DNA of 64,000 nucleotides from the human T2T-CHM13v2.0 reference genome, Homo sapiens, in assembly GCA_009914755.4 (NCBI GenBank), contig CP086569.2, positions 14,784,001 to 14,848,000 on the forward strand, written 5' to 3'. The notes beneath the pieces were generated by a model. The model saw only the letters and a list, made by a program, of their open reading frames with translations, did not search any database and was not told where the DNA came from. Below, in pieces: positions 1 through 13,332 of the stretch; position 1 is the stretch's first letter, and every line of letters begins with the position of its first letter. The position numbers and the translations under genes were made by a program.

Positions 1-2577
1 AGTCTATGTTTGCCAAAATGGATTGACTATTTAATTTTTTCTTAACCCATTTATTTGCACATAACTTAGACCTAACTCATCTGTTTTTATAGTAAATTCT
101 AAGTTATTCATAGGTTGGTAAATTAGTTTCATGCTTTTCCTCTTCTTGGTGAATAACATTTCTGAATATTTTTATTGCTAACTCTCTACCAGAAGAAATG
201 CATGAATATAGAATGGGCAAAATCATTAACTTTTGTAAGAGTTTCAGATAATTTTTATATTTGCTTATTTAAATTAACTATACTGTATTTCCTCCTGGTA
301 CTTGAGAAGGGAAACTGGCTTCAAAATTAAAAATGAATAATAGTTTAATAGATTAATGCCTAGTTCTCATTTCTACTTTTCATCTCTTTATTAAGAATGT
401 GGGACTGCTTCCTTGTACCAAGTAAGTTACCTTCACAGGTCATTCCTGAGCCATCAGTCCTGCCAGATCCTAAGGTCTACCTAAACTTTTCTGTCCCATT
501 CCATTTGGAACAAACACCATAAATCCTCTGAGCACAAGGTGTTAATGTGTCTGCATATTCCTATGTAAGTTGATATTTGCCGCTTTGAAATGCATGTCTG
601 ACAAATAAATATTGCCCACCAAAGTTAAGACACCTTCAAAAGCTGATCCAAGTGAAGGCTTTGAGTGTGAGCAGGTTAGTTAGGAGGTGAACCAGGAATG
701 TGGTAGGTAAGAAGGGAAGCAGAGCAGGGTGTAGAAGTTTTGCTGGAATGAAGGAGGTCCAAAGAGACCATGGGGTGAAACAGGATAATTTAATCGAATG
801 CGCTCAGACCCAGCGGATTAACATCCAAAAACTGGGCCTAGAGCAAAGACAGTGCTTGACTTTTATACACACTTCAAAAAGTGGCTGGGCTAGCTTGAAA
901 CAAGCTTACAGTGGCATGAAGTGTAGTGACATGAAAGCAAGGATACAGAGGCAGAACAAAGGCAGTTAATCAAATAGTAACAGGTTCATAACTCAGAATT
1001 ACATGTGACTCTTGCTGTGCAGTCCATATGGCTGTTACCTAGGCTTGCTCTAGTGCCTTGTGTGGGTTTGTCTCATAAACTTCAATATGGTGCCTAGATG
1101 ACTGCAGCCCAGGCCTGCTGAGGCACGTCTTATAACCTTCACCTTGCTGCTTAGATAAAACAGAATACTTGAAGTTACTAGTTACAGAAAACAGGAATGT
1201 ATAAACTCATACGTTTACTCATATCATAGGGGAAAGGAAAATTTATTTTCTTCTCCCTATATTGAGGGAGTGCTGGGAGAGTCTCCACAACACAATCCTT
1301 TGAGCCCTGGCTTCTTTGATAATGTTATCAAGACTTTGCCTGGGTCTGGGCTTTGCCTGTTACTGCCTTTGGGATGTGTCAGCCTAATATAGAAAGCTTG
1401 TTTGTGAAGCACAAACACCTCAGAGCTCCTCACTGGAGGGGATTAATAGTGTTATGGTGTTCTAACACCAGTGCAGTCCGTCACTGTCTGCAGCTGTTCC
1501 TAGTGTATCCTGTTTGCATGCTGGCAGATCTTGCCCTGAGCCCAGACACAATGTTAGTTAAGGAGGTACAGAGGTAATCAAACAGGCATCCCTTTCTAGT
1601 TTCTTTTTTTTGTTTTTCACCTTTCTCATTTCCCCACATTTGACAAGCTTTACATTATTGCCCACTTCTTGGAATGAGAAGACCGCTAATGTCTAAACAA
1701 TAGAGAGCTCAAACTTTATGAATAACCAGTTTGGAGTCAGGGTTACACATACAAAAATACTGTGCGCTTCATGTTGCAGTTGCTTATCTTTTTTCAGTAA
1801 ATTGGTGTTTAACCTTTCCTTGATGTTGTTGTTACTTATTAAATGAGTAAAAAAATACATACATTGCATGCTTAGTATTGGAAGTATATATTGTGAAGTA
1901 GCTGCTACCTAGTAAAAAATAGTATTTACTTGTTTGCTGAATTTGGGAAACAATGTGTTTGTTTCTGGCTACCATGATCACATATCTGTGTCAATATGGG
2001 TAGTAAAAGAAGGAAGAGTTCCAATTTTGTGGATTGTACAAGGGAAAATCCAAATTCATTTTTTTGGGTGTGTTGCCAAAAGCAGGCAAAGATGTTTGTT
2101 CATTTGAAATTAGTTATCAATTTGACATAACAAAATAACACACTTTTAAGGGATCTTATGAAGAAACATGTAAAAATCTAACTTAAATTTTCTTTAACCT
2201 AGCATAATATCTTAGTCATCATATTCATTTCTCTTCAAATCCCAAGTTCTTCATCTATCTTTTTCTCCTTATTTCCCTATGTATGTAGGATACATTACAA
2301 AGGAAAATGAAGCAGACAGCATTGTTTTCACAGCATATAAGTATCACATGGATGTTACTCCACACATGCGTTACTGTGTCAGCAAAACTAGAGCAGACGT
2401 CACTGGTGGTAATAAAGTTCCCTGTTGCCCTGTGGGGGCACATGACTTTTTACTCTGTTCCACAGCGGCTTGGGATGTACTGTTTCTGATGGGCAAAAGG
2501 CTTGGCTGTACATATGTCTTGAAACTATTTAATAGTTGGAAATTTGCCTGCAGTGTAGCTTCAGCAGTTTTGCTAAG

Positions 2578-2601
2578 TTTTTTTTTTTTTTTTTTTTTTT
2601 T
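2578..2601. repeat. Poly(T) homopolymer, about 24 nt
   Basis: A run of T at 2578-2601. Confidence 0.95.
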
Positions 2602-4403
2602 AATGGAGAAGGAATACTACCCCAACTGCTAAGTCTGGAAAGAAAAAAGAAAAGGTTAAATATTATTAGAACAAAACTTGTATTTAGTTTAAAACTATGT
2701 GACACAGTTATATTATTGTTTTTAAAATATAACTACACTTAACAAAAGTTATATACCTTGCAAGGTATTCTTATGATGCATTTCAGTGGGAAGTTTAATC
2801 TATAGACATTATTGGTAGAAATGAAATAAGTAAAGTCCACATTCATTTTTTGAAATGGGTATTGTTCTCCGTGTGTGCATGTGCATGTTTCTGTTTGATG
2901 ATCTGTAATCGTTGCCCTCTTTATAGCCTCGTTTGCATGCTACTTAGTTGTTTTTTTAATATGCAGGCATGGGTTCCTGTATTTAACAAATAGTGTTATC
3001 TCAAAAATCCAGAGGAGCCTGCCTCAGAAAAAGTGATGGCATTTCTCCTGGGACAAGCAGAAGTGGTCTTCTCCCATGAGATTCCATGTCAGTGCACTAA
3101 TACGCCTGCATTTCTCCAAGGGTGATAAGTGATTTTATTATCACTTTTATGCAACATAGACTTATAGTCCTTCCATCGTGTCAAACCTTCATGCTCATTA
3201 CTTTGCCTGTTTGTGTCATGAAACACAAGAGGTTAAGTGATGAAACCTGAAATTTATCTTTCTGAAATCCAATGTTTTATCCTCCGGTGCTGAAAGCACC
3301 ACAAATGATCATCAATAAAAGGAACTATTTTTCTTCAAGGCTGAAATTGGGTATACATGCTAAATATGTAGCATATTTTACATTGGTAATCACACAAATT
3401 GTATAGCATAGAAGGAGCTAATACAGCCTTTCTATTTCAGTTATCTCTGAAAATATTCTTGCTCTCTGCAGTGTGTTTCTGCAGATAATTGTGAGGTTCA
3501 TAAGGAGGGAGTTGGCATCAAACAGAAAGAGAAGTGAGATGGGGGAAAATGCCCATATTTGAGACTCAGAGGAAGGGTTAGGAGAGCACTGGTCTTGTGG
3601 TGTGACTCCCATCCTCTCACTTGAAGATGTAGTAAATCAAACTCTGTTCTTGAAGTAGTGAATCAAACTATGATCCTCAATTTCACCATCTCTAAAATGA
3701 GGACAATAATGTTAACATTTAATAGACAAAATACAACTGTATGTTTGTAAAATTAGGAATAAACAGTGCTCACATTGTTTCCTAAACCTAACGTTATCAC
3801 ACTCTGAAATTTTCCTAATCAGGGGAGAGCAGTCGGTGGCCCAGGGTCTAAATTTGGCCTGCAACCTAGTTTTGCAAATCAAGTTTTATGGGAACATAGC
3901 CACCCTCATTTGTTTACATATTGTCTGTGGCTGCTTTTGAGCTGTGAGGGCAGAGTTGAGTGATTGTAATGGAGACCATATGGTCCACAAAGCCTAAACT
4001 CTTTACTATCTGGCCCTTTCTGGAAAAAGCCTATATCAATGCCTGCACTAGACTATTGTAACAGACACTTTTCCCATTAAAAGGCTTAGAATTTTTACAT
4101 TCTATAGGGACATTGTTCCTCATTATGACAGTGGAATATAACATATGTAGAGTGTGGCACCTAGAGTTGTGTATTGTTATACCCTCCACCCCATCTTTCT
4201 CTCATTTTTGTTGTCACACTCCTTGTTCTGCCATCAATGATGTGAATGATCTTGGACATATCTGTTTACCTCTCTGACCCCTAAAGCCCTCACCAGTTAA
4301 AAACATGTGAAATAAGTTGTAAAATTTCTTAGGGCTTTATAATAACATAGAATATAGCGTTTCCCTCCCTGGCTCTCTGGCTCTCATCAGCCACTGTCTA
4401 TTT

Positions 4404-4440
4404 ATGCATATGTATATGTATATATGTGTATGTGTGTATA

Positions 4441-4472
<32 letters not shown>

Positions 4473-4473
4473 A
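4404..4473. repeat. (TG)n/(TA)n compound dinucleotide microsatellite
   Basis: Reads atgtatatgtatatatgtgtatgtgtgtatatgtgtgtgtgtgtatatatatatatatata. Confidence 0.9.
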
Positions 4474-4805
4474 ATTTCACATGGAAATCTCCAACTACAT
4501 TTCAAAATTCTAAAACAATTAAAAATAATGCATAATGAAAGAAAACATTCTGTATAATTTAGTCAAATGAATATACCTTGTTTCATAATGTAGGGAACCA
4601 ATTTTTAAGGCAGAGAATGGCTTAAATATAGAAACTTGTTAGGATTGAGTAAAATGCTTCTGATTAGAGAAACTGGATTGACCCTGTCTCACCTGAACCC
4701 CATAGTGAATAAGTGGATAAATGAATGGCTGGTTTACAGAGGAGGATAGCAGCAATAAACAGCTGATCTCTACCATTCTTTTTTGGTTTTGTTTTCTTTT
4801 TGTTC

Positions 4806-5097
4806 TTTTTTTTTTAAGAGTCAGAATCTCATCTGTTATCCAGGATGGTGGGCAGTGGTGCAGTCATAGCTCACTGTAGCCTTGAACTCCCAGACTAAAG
4901 CAATTCTCCTGCTTCAGCCTCCTGCATAGCTAGGACCACAGGCACATGACACCAAGCCCAGCTAATTTTATTTTTTCTGTAGAGACAGGGTCTTTTGCTA
5001 TTGCCTAAGCTGGTCTTGAGCTCCTGCCCTCAAATAGTCCTCCTGCCTCAGCTTCCCAAAGCACTAAGATTACAGGCATAAGTCACCATGCCTGGCC
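4806..5097 (-). mobile_element. Alu element (full length, antisense)
   Basis: Poly-T at the 5' end, then the reverse complement of the Alu dimer (..gcctcagcttcccaaagcactaagattacaggcataagtcaccatgcctggcc). Confidence 0.9.
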
Positions 5098-6039
5098 TGA
5101 TTTTATAATTTTATAGTGATTATTTTGAGGGAGAAAGAGATGGGAGTGCATCATCTTGGTAATGGAAGTGTGCCATTTTGGTATTGTCAACTCAAAATGG
5201 GCCTTCCTTTTGAGAAAATGACAAGAAAATATTATTAATTCATATCTTTGAAAGCATTGTTTTCTCAAAAGTTGCTTTCATAAATTGCGTTGTTTCGTGT
5301 TTTACAATGTTTCATAAACTAGATGACATTATTCTGGGTTATTACAATGAGCAAAATTTTCCAGGGCAGGAAATGATGTAATGAATGAAATAAATTAAAG
5401 AAGATGATTAAATTCCTAGTACCAGTGACCCTCTTAAATATTGGAGTTTCTTTAGAAGAGGATGTGATTCTGAGGTTTTCCTTATGAACCTAGAATATCT
5501 GGAAAAATCATGTGACTACTTATTTTCAGCATGTAGATATTCAGACACATTGCTGAGAACACAAACGGCTGTTATTATCTTTATACATTTTAATTCTTCT
5601 CTTGCCTTGAAGTGATGATTCACTTGTAAGTTCGTTCCCTCCCGGGAAGGTTGGTAGCTCCCTTTTGTAGATTAAAGATTAACTCCTACACCAGTGGAAG
5701 GGGCGTTGATTTAATTATTTTATTTCAAACTGGGAAGAACACTCCTTTGATTTTGCAATTCACTTTAGGATCTTGTGATTTAGCAATGCTAATTGACATT
5801 GAACCTGAAACTGAAATATCACATTACAAGTCAAAAGTAACATTTAGAAGCTTGTCCTTCGTTTATTCACTCAGCAATTGCTTACTGAGCACATACTGTG
5901 TGCTAGGTGCTCTTCTGGACTCTGGAGAGAGATACAGATGTGAAAAAACAAGCAAACACTCCTCCTCTCAGGGAGCTTTCATTATCGTGAGTAGAAGCAG
6001 ACAGCAAACAAGGTACCTAATAAGTCAGTTTGTGTATTA

Positions 6040-6560
6040 GTCATGGTTCTCTAGAGGGATAGAACTAATAGGATAGAGTATATAAAAAGGGGAGTTTACT
6101 AAGGAGTATTGACTCACACAATCATAAGGTGAGGTCCCACAATAGGCCATCTGCAAGCTAAGGAGCAAGGAAGCCAGTCAAAGTCCCCAAACCTCAAAAG
6201 TAGGGAAGCCGACAGTGCAGCCTTCAGTCTGCATTCAAAGGTCCGAGTCCCAAAGCTGAAGAACGTGGAGTCTGATGTTCGAGGGCAGGAAGCATCCAGC
6301 ATGGGAGGAAGATGTAGGCCAGAAGACTAAACCAGTCTAAAGTTTCCACCTCTTCTTCCTGCTTTTATTCTGGCCACACTGGCAGCTGATTAGAATGGTG
6401 CCCACCCAGATTGAGGGAGGGTCTGTCTTTTCCAGTCCAGTGACTCAAATGTTAATCTCCATGGCACCATCCTCACAGACATACCCAGGATCAACACTTT
6501 GGATCCTTCAATCCAATCAAGTTGACACTCAATATTTACCGTAACAGTTAGTAATAAGGG
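6040..6560 (+). repeat. Interspersed repeat of unassigned family (probable LTR/ERV-derived primate repeat)
   Basis: The segment (..aggtcccacaataggccatctgcaagctaaggagcaaggaagccag...ggtgcccacccagattgagggagggtctg...caatccaatcaagttgacactcaatatt..) resembles a common dispersed human repeat that I cannot name with confidence. Confidence 0.35.
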
Positions 6561-7942
6561 CTTGGAGAATAATGAAGCAAGGCATCATCATGGTGACTTT
6601 TTTTTTGTAAATGGAACAAAGCATATATAGCTATTTTAAATAGGGTCACATTTAGTAGACCTTCAACAGGAAAAGGAGCCAGCCATGGAGACACCAGGGA
6701 AAGCATTTAGGCAAATAGACAGGAAAACGTCAGCAGCATCATGGTTTTCCTTTCCAAGAACCAGTGTGACTGGGCTGAGGGGTGGAGGTGATAAAATGAA
6801 AGGTGCTCTGGGAGGTAACTGAGGCACAGGTTGTAGGGCATTCAGGAGACTCCTAGTGGTTTTACTCCAAGTAAGGAACTTCTGCGCACAGGAATGAGAT
6901 GGTCTCTTGCAGTATAGAATCATCAGGCTGTTGTATTCAGAAAAACCTCTAGGGAGGCAGTGGGGAGCTTTTGGCAGTAATCAGGGAGAGGTGATGTTGG
7001 CTTGGCCCAGGGCATTGGCAGTGGTGAAAGGCAGTTAAATTCCTGTTACACTTTGAAGGTAGTGCTAACACAATTTGTTCAAGGGATGTGTCTGCAAAAT
7101 AAATGTATGACTTCAAGGGTTGGGGCCAGAGCAACTGGAAGAGCAATTCCCATGTACTGAGTTGGTGTCAGTAGTGGGCTGTGTGTGGTGGGCTATGTAT
7201 TAGTGGTGGGCTATGTATAGGGATCATGATTTTGCTTTGGGACACATTAGTTTTGAGATGCCTCTGAGACCTCCAAATAGAGCTGCTGGAAGATATTTTT
7301 TGAGTATTGATATTTGAATGATTAGATCTGCATTCAGGGGCATGGTCAATAGTGAAGATATCAGTTTGAAAGTCATCAGCACAAAGATGTTTTTAAAAGT
7401 GTGACATCTGATGAGATCCCTAGAGAATGAGTGTAGATGAGAAGAGAGAGATCCCTGAATTCAGACGCAGAACACTCTCCTATCTAGAGAAGATGGGAGC
7501 TAAAGATCATGGAGCGTGGGGCTGAGAAGTAGCTTCCATTGAAACTGAATGAAAATCTATTAGTGTCCTGAAAACCAAGTGAAGCCTGCATTTTTAAGAG
7601 AAGAAAGTGATCAGTGTTGTCAATATTGATGACTGAGGGAGTCCTCAGATGGCACTGCCAAACTTCCAGGTTGGGGTGCTTCCTGTCCTAATAAGAATAG
7701 GAACAAATATTTCATCCTTACACATTGTGATGTTCAGACCTCATGGTTTGTAGCCACTTGATGTAGTACTTGTCTACTTTTGACCCTACTAGATGAGTTT
7801 TCTTAGGTCATCTACCTCAGTATTACCTGTGTGTTTCATATGAAATATTCCTGGATCCCACCTGCACTCAGGGAATCAGCATATCTCAGTATAAGTGTTG
7901 GACATTCCAGAGATTCCTGTTATTGAATAAGAACAGGTTGAT

Positions 7943-8510
7943 TCAGAAATACCATTTGATCCAGCAATCCCATTAATGGGTATATACCCAAAGGAATGTA
8001 AATCATTCTTCTACAAAGATGCAAGCACATGTGTGTTCATTGCAGCACTATTCACAATAGCAGAGATATGGAATTTACCCAAATGTCCATCAACAGTAGA
8101 CTGGATAAAAAAAAAATGTGGTGCATAGACACATAGAATACTATGCAGCCATAAAAAGGAATGAGATCATGTCCTTTGCAGGGACATGGATAGAGCTGGA
8201 GGCCATTATCCTCAGCAAACTAATGCAGGAAAAGAAAATGAAACACTGCATGTTCTCCCTCATAAATGGGAACTGAACAGCTAAACGATGATAACACCTG
8301 GACACATGGAGGGGAGAAACACACAGTAGGGCCCGCTGGGGATGGGGGTGGGAGAAGAAGAGCATCAGGAAGAGCTAATGAGTGCCGGGCTTAACATCTA
8401 TGTCATAGGTTGATCTGTGCAGCACACCACCGTGGCATATATTTACCTCCATAAAAAACATGCATAGACTGCAAATATACCTTGGAATTTAAAAGTTAAT
8501 TAAAAGAGAA
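7943..8510 (+). mobile_element. L1 3'-end fragment (ORF2 C-terminus plus 3' UTR)
   Basis: Matches L1 3'-terminal sequence, for example accatttgatccagcaatcccat...ctattcacaatagcagagatatggaa...gggaactgaacag. Confidence 0.8.
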
Positions 8511-9496
8511 AGAGAGAGAATGACTTGACTAACAGTATCACATAATATGCTTTCAGTTAACCTCTTACCTAAAAAAATACTATGAAGCTTTCTTTTCTAG
8601 AAAATAAAAGAAGTAACCTAACTAAATGTCCACACATTATATTTCATAGAGGAAAGCAAGAACTTTCAAAAAATAACTTATGTTTCCATCATTTCAAAAC
8701 TACTAACTACTGAAAGTAAAAACATGGGATATTTTTTCTCCAGTCTTCTTCATTTATATCAAGTTAGATATGACTTTTTTGAATCCCCAACACACATGCT
8801 GTTATAGTGAGAATTATTGACAGCATCTTCCTGTGACAGTGTCTTGAAATGAAACCCTCTGTAAATCACTGGTGGTGAGAAGCATCTCCACTTGCTCAAT
8901 TTTTAACAGAAAATGAAGTAAAAACCCTCCAGCTTTGCTATATTTAGTCTTATTCAAATACGTATTTTCAATGGAGATTTGTGAGGTGGTAATTCCAGCA
9001 CCTCACCTTTCTCTTGACATCTGAAAATGTTTTCATTTATGAGACAAACCAGAAATGGTACAATCAGAAAAATGAATGCTACTGGTAAGTCATCCAGTGT
9101 GCAGTGTGGATAAAAAATGGTGCAGTTTTTTTTTCTGATCTCTATTACTCTTAGCTGATGCAAAAATCACTAGCTACAGGGCCACTAAGGTGAAAACAAC
9201 TATTTGTGTGAGCTGAATTTCTTTTCCTTTTTAGAGTATTCAAAGGTGATTCTCTGTTGCTTACCTATTTAATGTCAATTCACCCACATTGAATTTTACT
9301 GTATTTTACCAAAAGATATCAATTTCAGCATATTAAAAATTTGGCTGGGTTGTCTTGGTATGGAAACGCTTAAAATGATCCTTCTGGATTACAAATTTGG
9401 ACCAAACAAATTTATCTTACCATTTTTTAGATTTTTTATTTGAGGCTGAACAAGAAGATCTTAATAACTTGTTTTCAGCTTCACTTCTCTTTTACT

Positions 9497-9784
9497 CTTT
9501 TTTGGAGACTGTGTCTCACTCTCTTGCCCAGGCTGGCATGCAGTGGTGCTAATCACAGTTCACTGCGGCCTCAACCTTTTCAGATCAAATGATCCTCCTG
9601 CCTCAGCTTCCTGAGTAGCTGGGACCACAGGCATGCACCAACCTGCCCAGCTAATTTTTTATATTTTGTGGAGACAGAGTTTCACTGTGTTGCCCAGGTT
9701 GGTCTCAAACTCCTAGACTCAAAAGATTGTGCCCGCCTCTGCCTTGCAAAGTGCTGGGATTATAGACATAAGCCATCCTGCCCC
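9497..9784 (-). mobile_element. Alu element (antisense), about 120 bp upstream of the first ANOS1-like exon
   Basis: Reads ttttttggagactgtgtctcactctcttgcccaggctgg...gcctcagcttcctgagtagctgggaccacaggcatgcacc...aaagtgctgggattatagacataagcc. Confidence 0.9.
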
Positions 9785-9908
9785 CTGCTGTTTTCAGCTT
9801 TTCTATTTATAAAAATCAATGCTTCACATGTTGACCATGTAGTCATTACATGTCCAAAGACGTTAGTTTTGTGGAGTCATATGATGTGTCTTTGTTCTGG
9901 GATTTCAG

Positions 9909-10114
9909 ATCCATCTGCCCCACCAGTGCCAGCTAACCTCCGGCTGGCCAACTCCACCGTCAACAGTGATGGGAGTGTGACCGTCACTATAGTTTGGGGT
10001 CTCCCCGAGGAGCCGGACATCCTTGTGCATCACTACAATGTCTTTTGGAGCTGGACAATCAGCAGTAAGTCTCTTGTACCAACAAAGAAGAAGCAGAGAA
10101 AGACTACGGATGGG
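9909..10114 (+). pseudogene. ANOS2P: Exon homologous to an ANOS1 fibronectin type-III exon, encoding [69 protein letters not shown] (ANOS1-paralogous pseudogene)
   Basis: Acceptor ttcag|at at 9907-9908 and donor ggg|gtgagt at 10115-10116. The open frame is about 88% identical to anosmin-1 residues [69 protein letters not shown], by my recall of the protein. The Y-pseudogene assignment is inferred from disabling lesions in downstream exons. Confidence 0.6.
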
Positions 10115-10329
10115 GTGAGTGGGAACTGGAGGAAGGAATGCTCTTCTCACAAAGGGTATTTCCACTCAAGGCAACTGGCCTGAAAAGAGGCCTCTGCTAA
10201 ACTGAGAGATGCCATGGATACAGAAAAGGTTCCCTCCCATTCATTTCTACCGAGGAAGTTCACAGAATGCAGGGGGCATGCCACCTATTTCACCTTTTAT
10301 ATTTTAGGTAGAAGCAACTGCATTTAGAC

Positions 10330-11998
10330 TGAGGGGTGACAGCATGCTGGCAGCCCTCACAACCCTCGCTTGCTCTGGGCACCTCCTCGGCCTTGGCGCC
10401 CACTCTGGCCATGCTTAAGGAGCCCTTCAGCCCCCTGCTGCACTGTGGGAGCCCCTTTCTGGGCTGGCCAAGGCCAGAGCCGGCTCCCTCAGATTGCAGG
10501 GAGGTGTGGAGGGAGAGTCGTGGGTGGGAACCAGGGCTGCCCAGGGCGCTTGTGGGCCAGCGCAAGTTCAGGGTGGGCGTGGGCTCGGTGGGCCAGATAC
10601 TTGGAGCGGCCTGCCCCTGCCTGCAAGCCCCAGGCAGTGAGAGGCTTAGCACCTGTGCCAGCAGCTGCTGTGCCCAATTTCTTGCCGGGCCTTAGCTGCC
10701 TCCCCGTGGGGCAGGGCTTGGGACTTGCAGCCCACCATGTCTGAGCCTCCCCAGTGAGCACCGCTCCCTGCTCCATGGTGCCCAGTCCCATGACTGCCCA
10801 AGGGCTGAGTGTGGGCGCATGCGCAGGACTGGCAGGCAGCACCACCTGCGACTGGGTGCAGGATCCACTGGGTGAAGCCAGCTGTGCTCCTGAGTCTGGT
10901 GGGAACTTGGAGAACCTTTATGTCTAGCCAAGGGATTGTAAATACACCAGTCAGCACTCTGCATCTAGCTCAAGGTTTGTAAACACACCAATCAGTACCC
11001 TGTGTCTAGCTCAGGATACGTGAATGCACCAATTGACGCTCTGTATCTAGCTACTCTGGTGGGGACTTGGAGAAACTTTATGTCTAGCTAAGGGATTGTA
11101 AATACAGCAATCAGCACTGTATCTAGCTCAAGGTTTGTAAACATACCAATCAGCACCCTGTGTCTAGCTCAGGGTTTGTGAATGCAGCAATCAACACTCT
11201 ATCTAGCTACTCTGGTGGGGACTTGGAGAAACTTTATGTCTAGCTAAGAGATTGTAAATACACTAATCAGCACTCTGTGTCTAGCTCAAGGTTTGTAAAC
11301 ATACCAATCAGCACCCTGTGTCTAGCTCAGGGTTTGTGATGCACCAATCAACACTCTGTATCTAGCTACTCTGGTGGGGACATGGAGAACTTTTGTGTTG
11401 ACACTCTGTATCTAGCTAATCTAGTGGGGACATGGAGAACTTTTGTGTCTAGCTCAGGGATTGTAAACGCACCAATCAGCACCCTGTCAAAACAGACCAA
11501 TCAGCTCTCTGTAAAATGGACCAATCACCAGGATGTGGGTGGGGCCAGATAAGGGAATAAAAGCAGGCTGCTTGAACCAGCAGTGGCAACCCGCTTGGGT
11601 CCCCTTCCACGCTGTGGAAGCTTTGTTCTTTAGCTCTTTGCAATAAATCTTGCTGCTGCTCACTCTTTGGGTCCGCACTGCCTTTATGAGCTGTAACACT
11701 CACTGTGAAGGTCTGCAGCTTCGCTCCTGAAGCCAGTGAGACCACAAACCCACCAGGAGGAATGAACAACTCCAGATGTGCCACCTTAAGAGCTGTAACA
11801 CTCACTGCGAAGGTCTGCAGCTTCACTCCTGAGCCAGCAAGACCATGAACCCACCAGAAGGAAGAAACTCCGAACACATCTGAAAATCAGAAGGAACAAA
11901 TTCCAGACACACTGCCTTTAAGAACTGTGACACTCAACATGTGGGTCTGTGGCTTCTTTCTTGGTCAGTGAGACCAAGAACCCACCAATTCTGGACAG
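10330..11998 (+). repeat. HERV9 5' LTR (LTR12 family): U3 with about 40-bp tandem enhancer repeats (10900-11470), then R and U5
   Basis: It starts TGAGGGGTGACAGC. The upstream part is GC- and CpG-rich. Repeated units follow the pattern gtctagctcagggtttgtaaacacaccaatcagcaccctgt. Internal duplications run through 11690-11950 (agctgtaacactcactg.gaaggtctgcagcttc.ctcctga). It ends ...ccaccaattctggaca just before the PBS. Confidence 0.8.
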
Positions 11999-12002
11999 AT
12001 TT

Positions 12003-12020
12003 TGGTGACCACGAAGGGAC
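12003..12020 (+). promoter_or_regulatory. Primer-binding site, degenerate tRNA-Arg type (tggtgaccacgaagggac)
   Basis: It lies immediately 3' of the 5' LTR and begins TGG. It resembles TGGCGCCCAACGTGGGGC. Confidence 0.5.
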
Positions 12021-12984
12021 CATCACCAATCGCCAAGCGGTGAGACTATCACAGAGCAGTGAGACCATCACCTGTTGCTGAGCAGTGAGACAATCGCCTT
12101 TCGCCACGCAGTGAGTACTGTAAGACCCCTTTCGCTTGCTATTCTGTCCTATTTTTCCTTAGAGTTCAGGGACTAAATACCAGGCACCTGTCGGCCAGTT
12201 AAAAGCGACTAGCATGGCCGCTGGACTAAAGACACAGGTGTCATGCTTTCTGGGAAAGGGCTCTCTAATGACCCCCGGACTGTTCGGCGTTGGGACCGTT
12301 GGTTTGCTCAGAACCAGCTTCTGCTCTTCTTGTACTTCTGGGCTGCGCTGAGGGTTGACAGAGAGGAAAGTCATGCAGCTCCAGGGTCCTGACAACAAGT
12401 TGGTTGACCCTGCGGCCATGAGCGGAACTCTCAAAGCATGTCGCCCAAGCGAGACTCACCCATCTATCCTATGTATCCTGACCCTTGCCCCCTGGGTCCT
12501 AATGCCTGCCAGACAAACTTCCTCTTGCCTCTCTTCTCCGAGGTTAGTCCTGCTTCTAAAAATTGTTACCTGTCTCTGGTGCTTTTCTAGTTTCTCCTAT
12601 AAGAATGATTTCTAGTATAAACTCCAGGACTCTGTTACCTTCTTTAGGCACCCAGGCTTACCAGTCAGAAGACATAATTTTTGCCCAAAGCCCCATCATA
12701 GTGGGGACTACCTGGAATTTTAGGATCCCTCCTCAGACTAACAGGCCTAACGAAAGCTATTCCTGAAGCTAGGATATGGGGAGCCTCAGAAATTGTATCC
12801 TTCCTATTCATACAAGTGAAGACAAAAGGTGTCACTCTTCCAACCCTGGAGATCCCTTCCCTCCCTCAAGGTATGGCCCTCCACTTCATTTTGGGGGCAT
12901 AACATCTTTATAGGACAGGGGTAAAGTCCCAATACTAACAGGAGAACACTTAGGACTCTAACAGGTTTTTGAGAATATGTCGGT

Positions 12985-13275
12985 AAGGGCGACTAAATCC
13001 GATTTTTCTCGGTTGGTCCTCCTTGTGGTCTAGGAGGACAGGCAAGGGTGCAGGTTTTCAAGAATGTGTCAGTAAGTGCTGCTAAATCCGACCTTCCCTG
13101 GTCCTCCATCTGGTCTGGGAGGAAAACTAGTGTTTCTGCTGCTGCGTCGGTGAGTGCAACTATTCCAATCAGCATGGTCAGGGACCGTTGCAGATTCTTG
13201 GGCAGGGGTTGTTTCTGCTGCTGCATCGGTGAACACAGCTATTCCAATCAGCGGGGTCCAGGGACTGTTGTGTGT
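12985..13275 (+). repeat. Tandem repeats of about 100 bp within the HERV9 leader, between PBS and gag
   Basis: ttcaagaatgtgtcagtaag.gctgctaaatccgac... occurs twice. gtttctgctgctgc.tcggtga..ca.ctattccaatcagc..ggtcagggac.gttg...ttcttgg.caggggt occurs twice. Confidence 0.7.
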
Positions 13276-13332
13276 TCTTGGTCAGGGGGAGAAACAAAAC
13301 AAACCAAAACCATGGGCGGTTTTGTCTTTCAG

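Noticed and set aside
5651-6923. ORFs of 129 and 86 aa near 5.6-6.9 kb
   Set aside because: They overlap an interspersed repeat and flanking unique sequence, with no domain signal or exon context.
10290-10964. Cluster of overlapping 90-124 aa ORFs on both strands (Pro/Ala/Gly/Arg-rich)
   Set aside because: They lie in the GC- and CpG-rich U3 region of the HERV9 LTR12. Open frames on both strands with a biased composition are expected by chance there. The same pattern recurs in the 3' LTR (19694-20249).
10900-11470. Regular tandem repeats of about 40 bp that superficially look like a repeat-spacer array
   Set aside because: This is eukaryotic DNA. The units are contiguous LTR12 U3 enhancer repeats without unique spacers, and nothing cas-like is nearby. 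It is not CRISPR.
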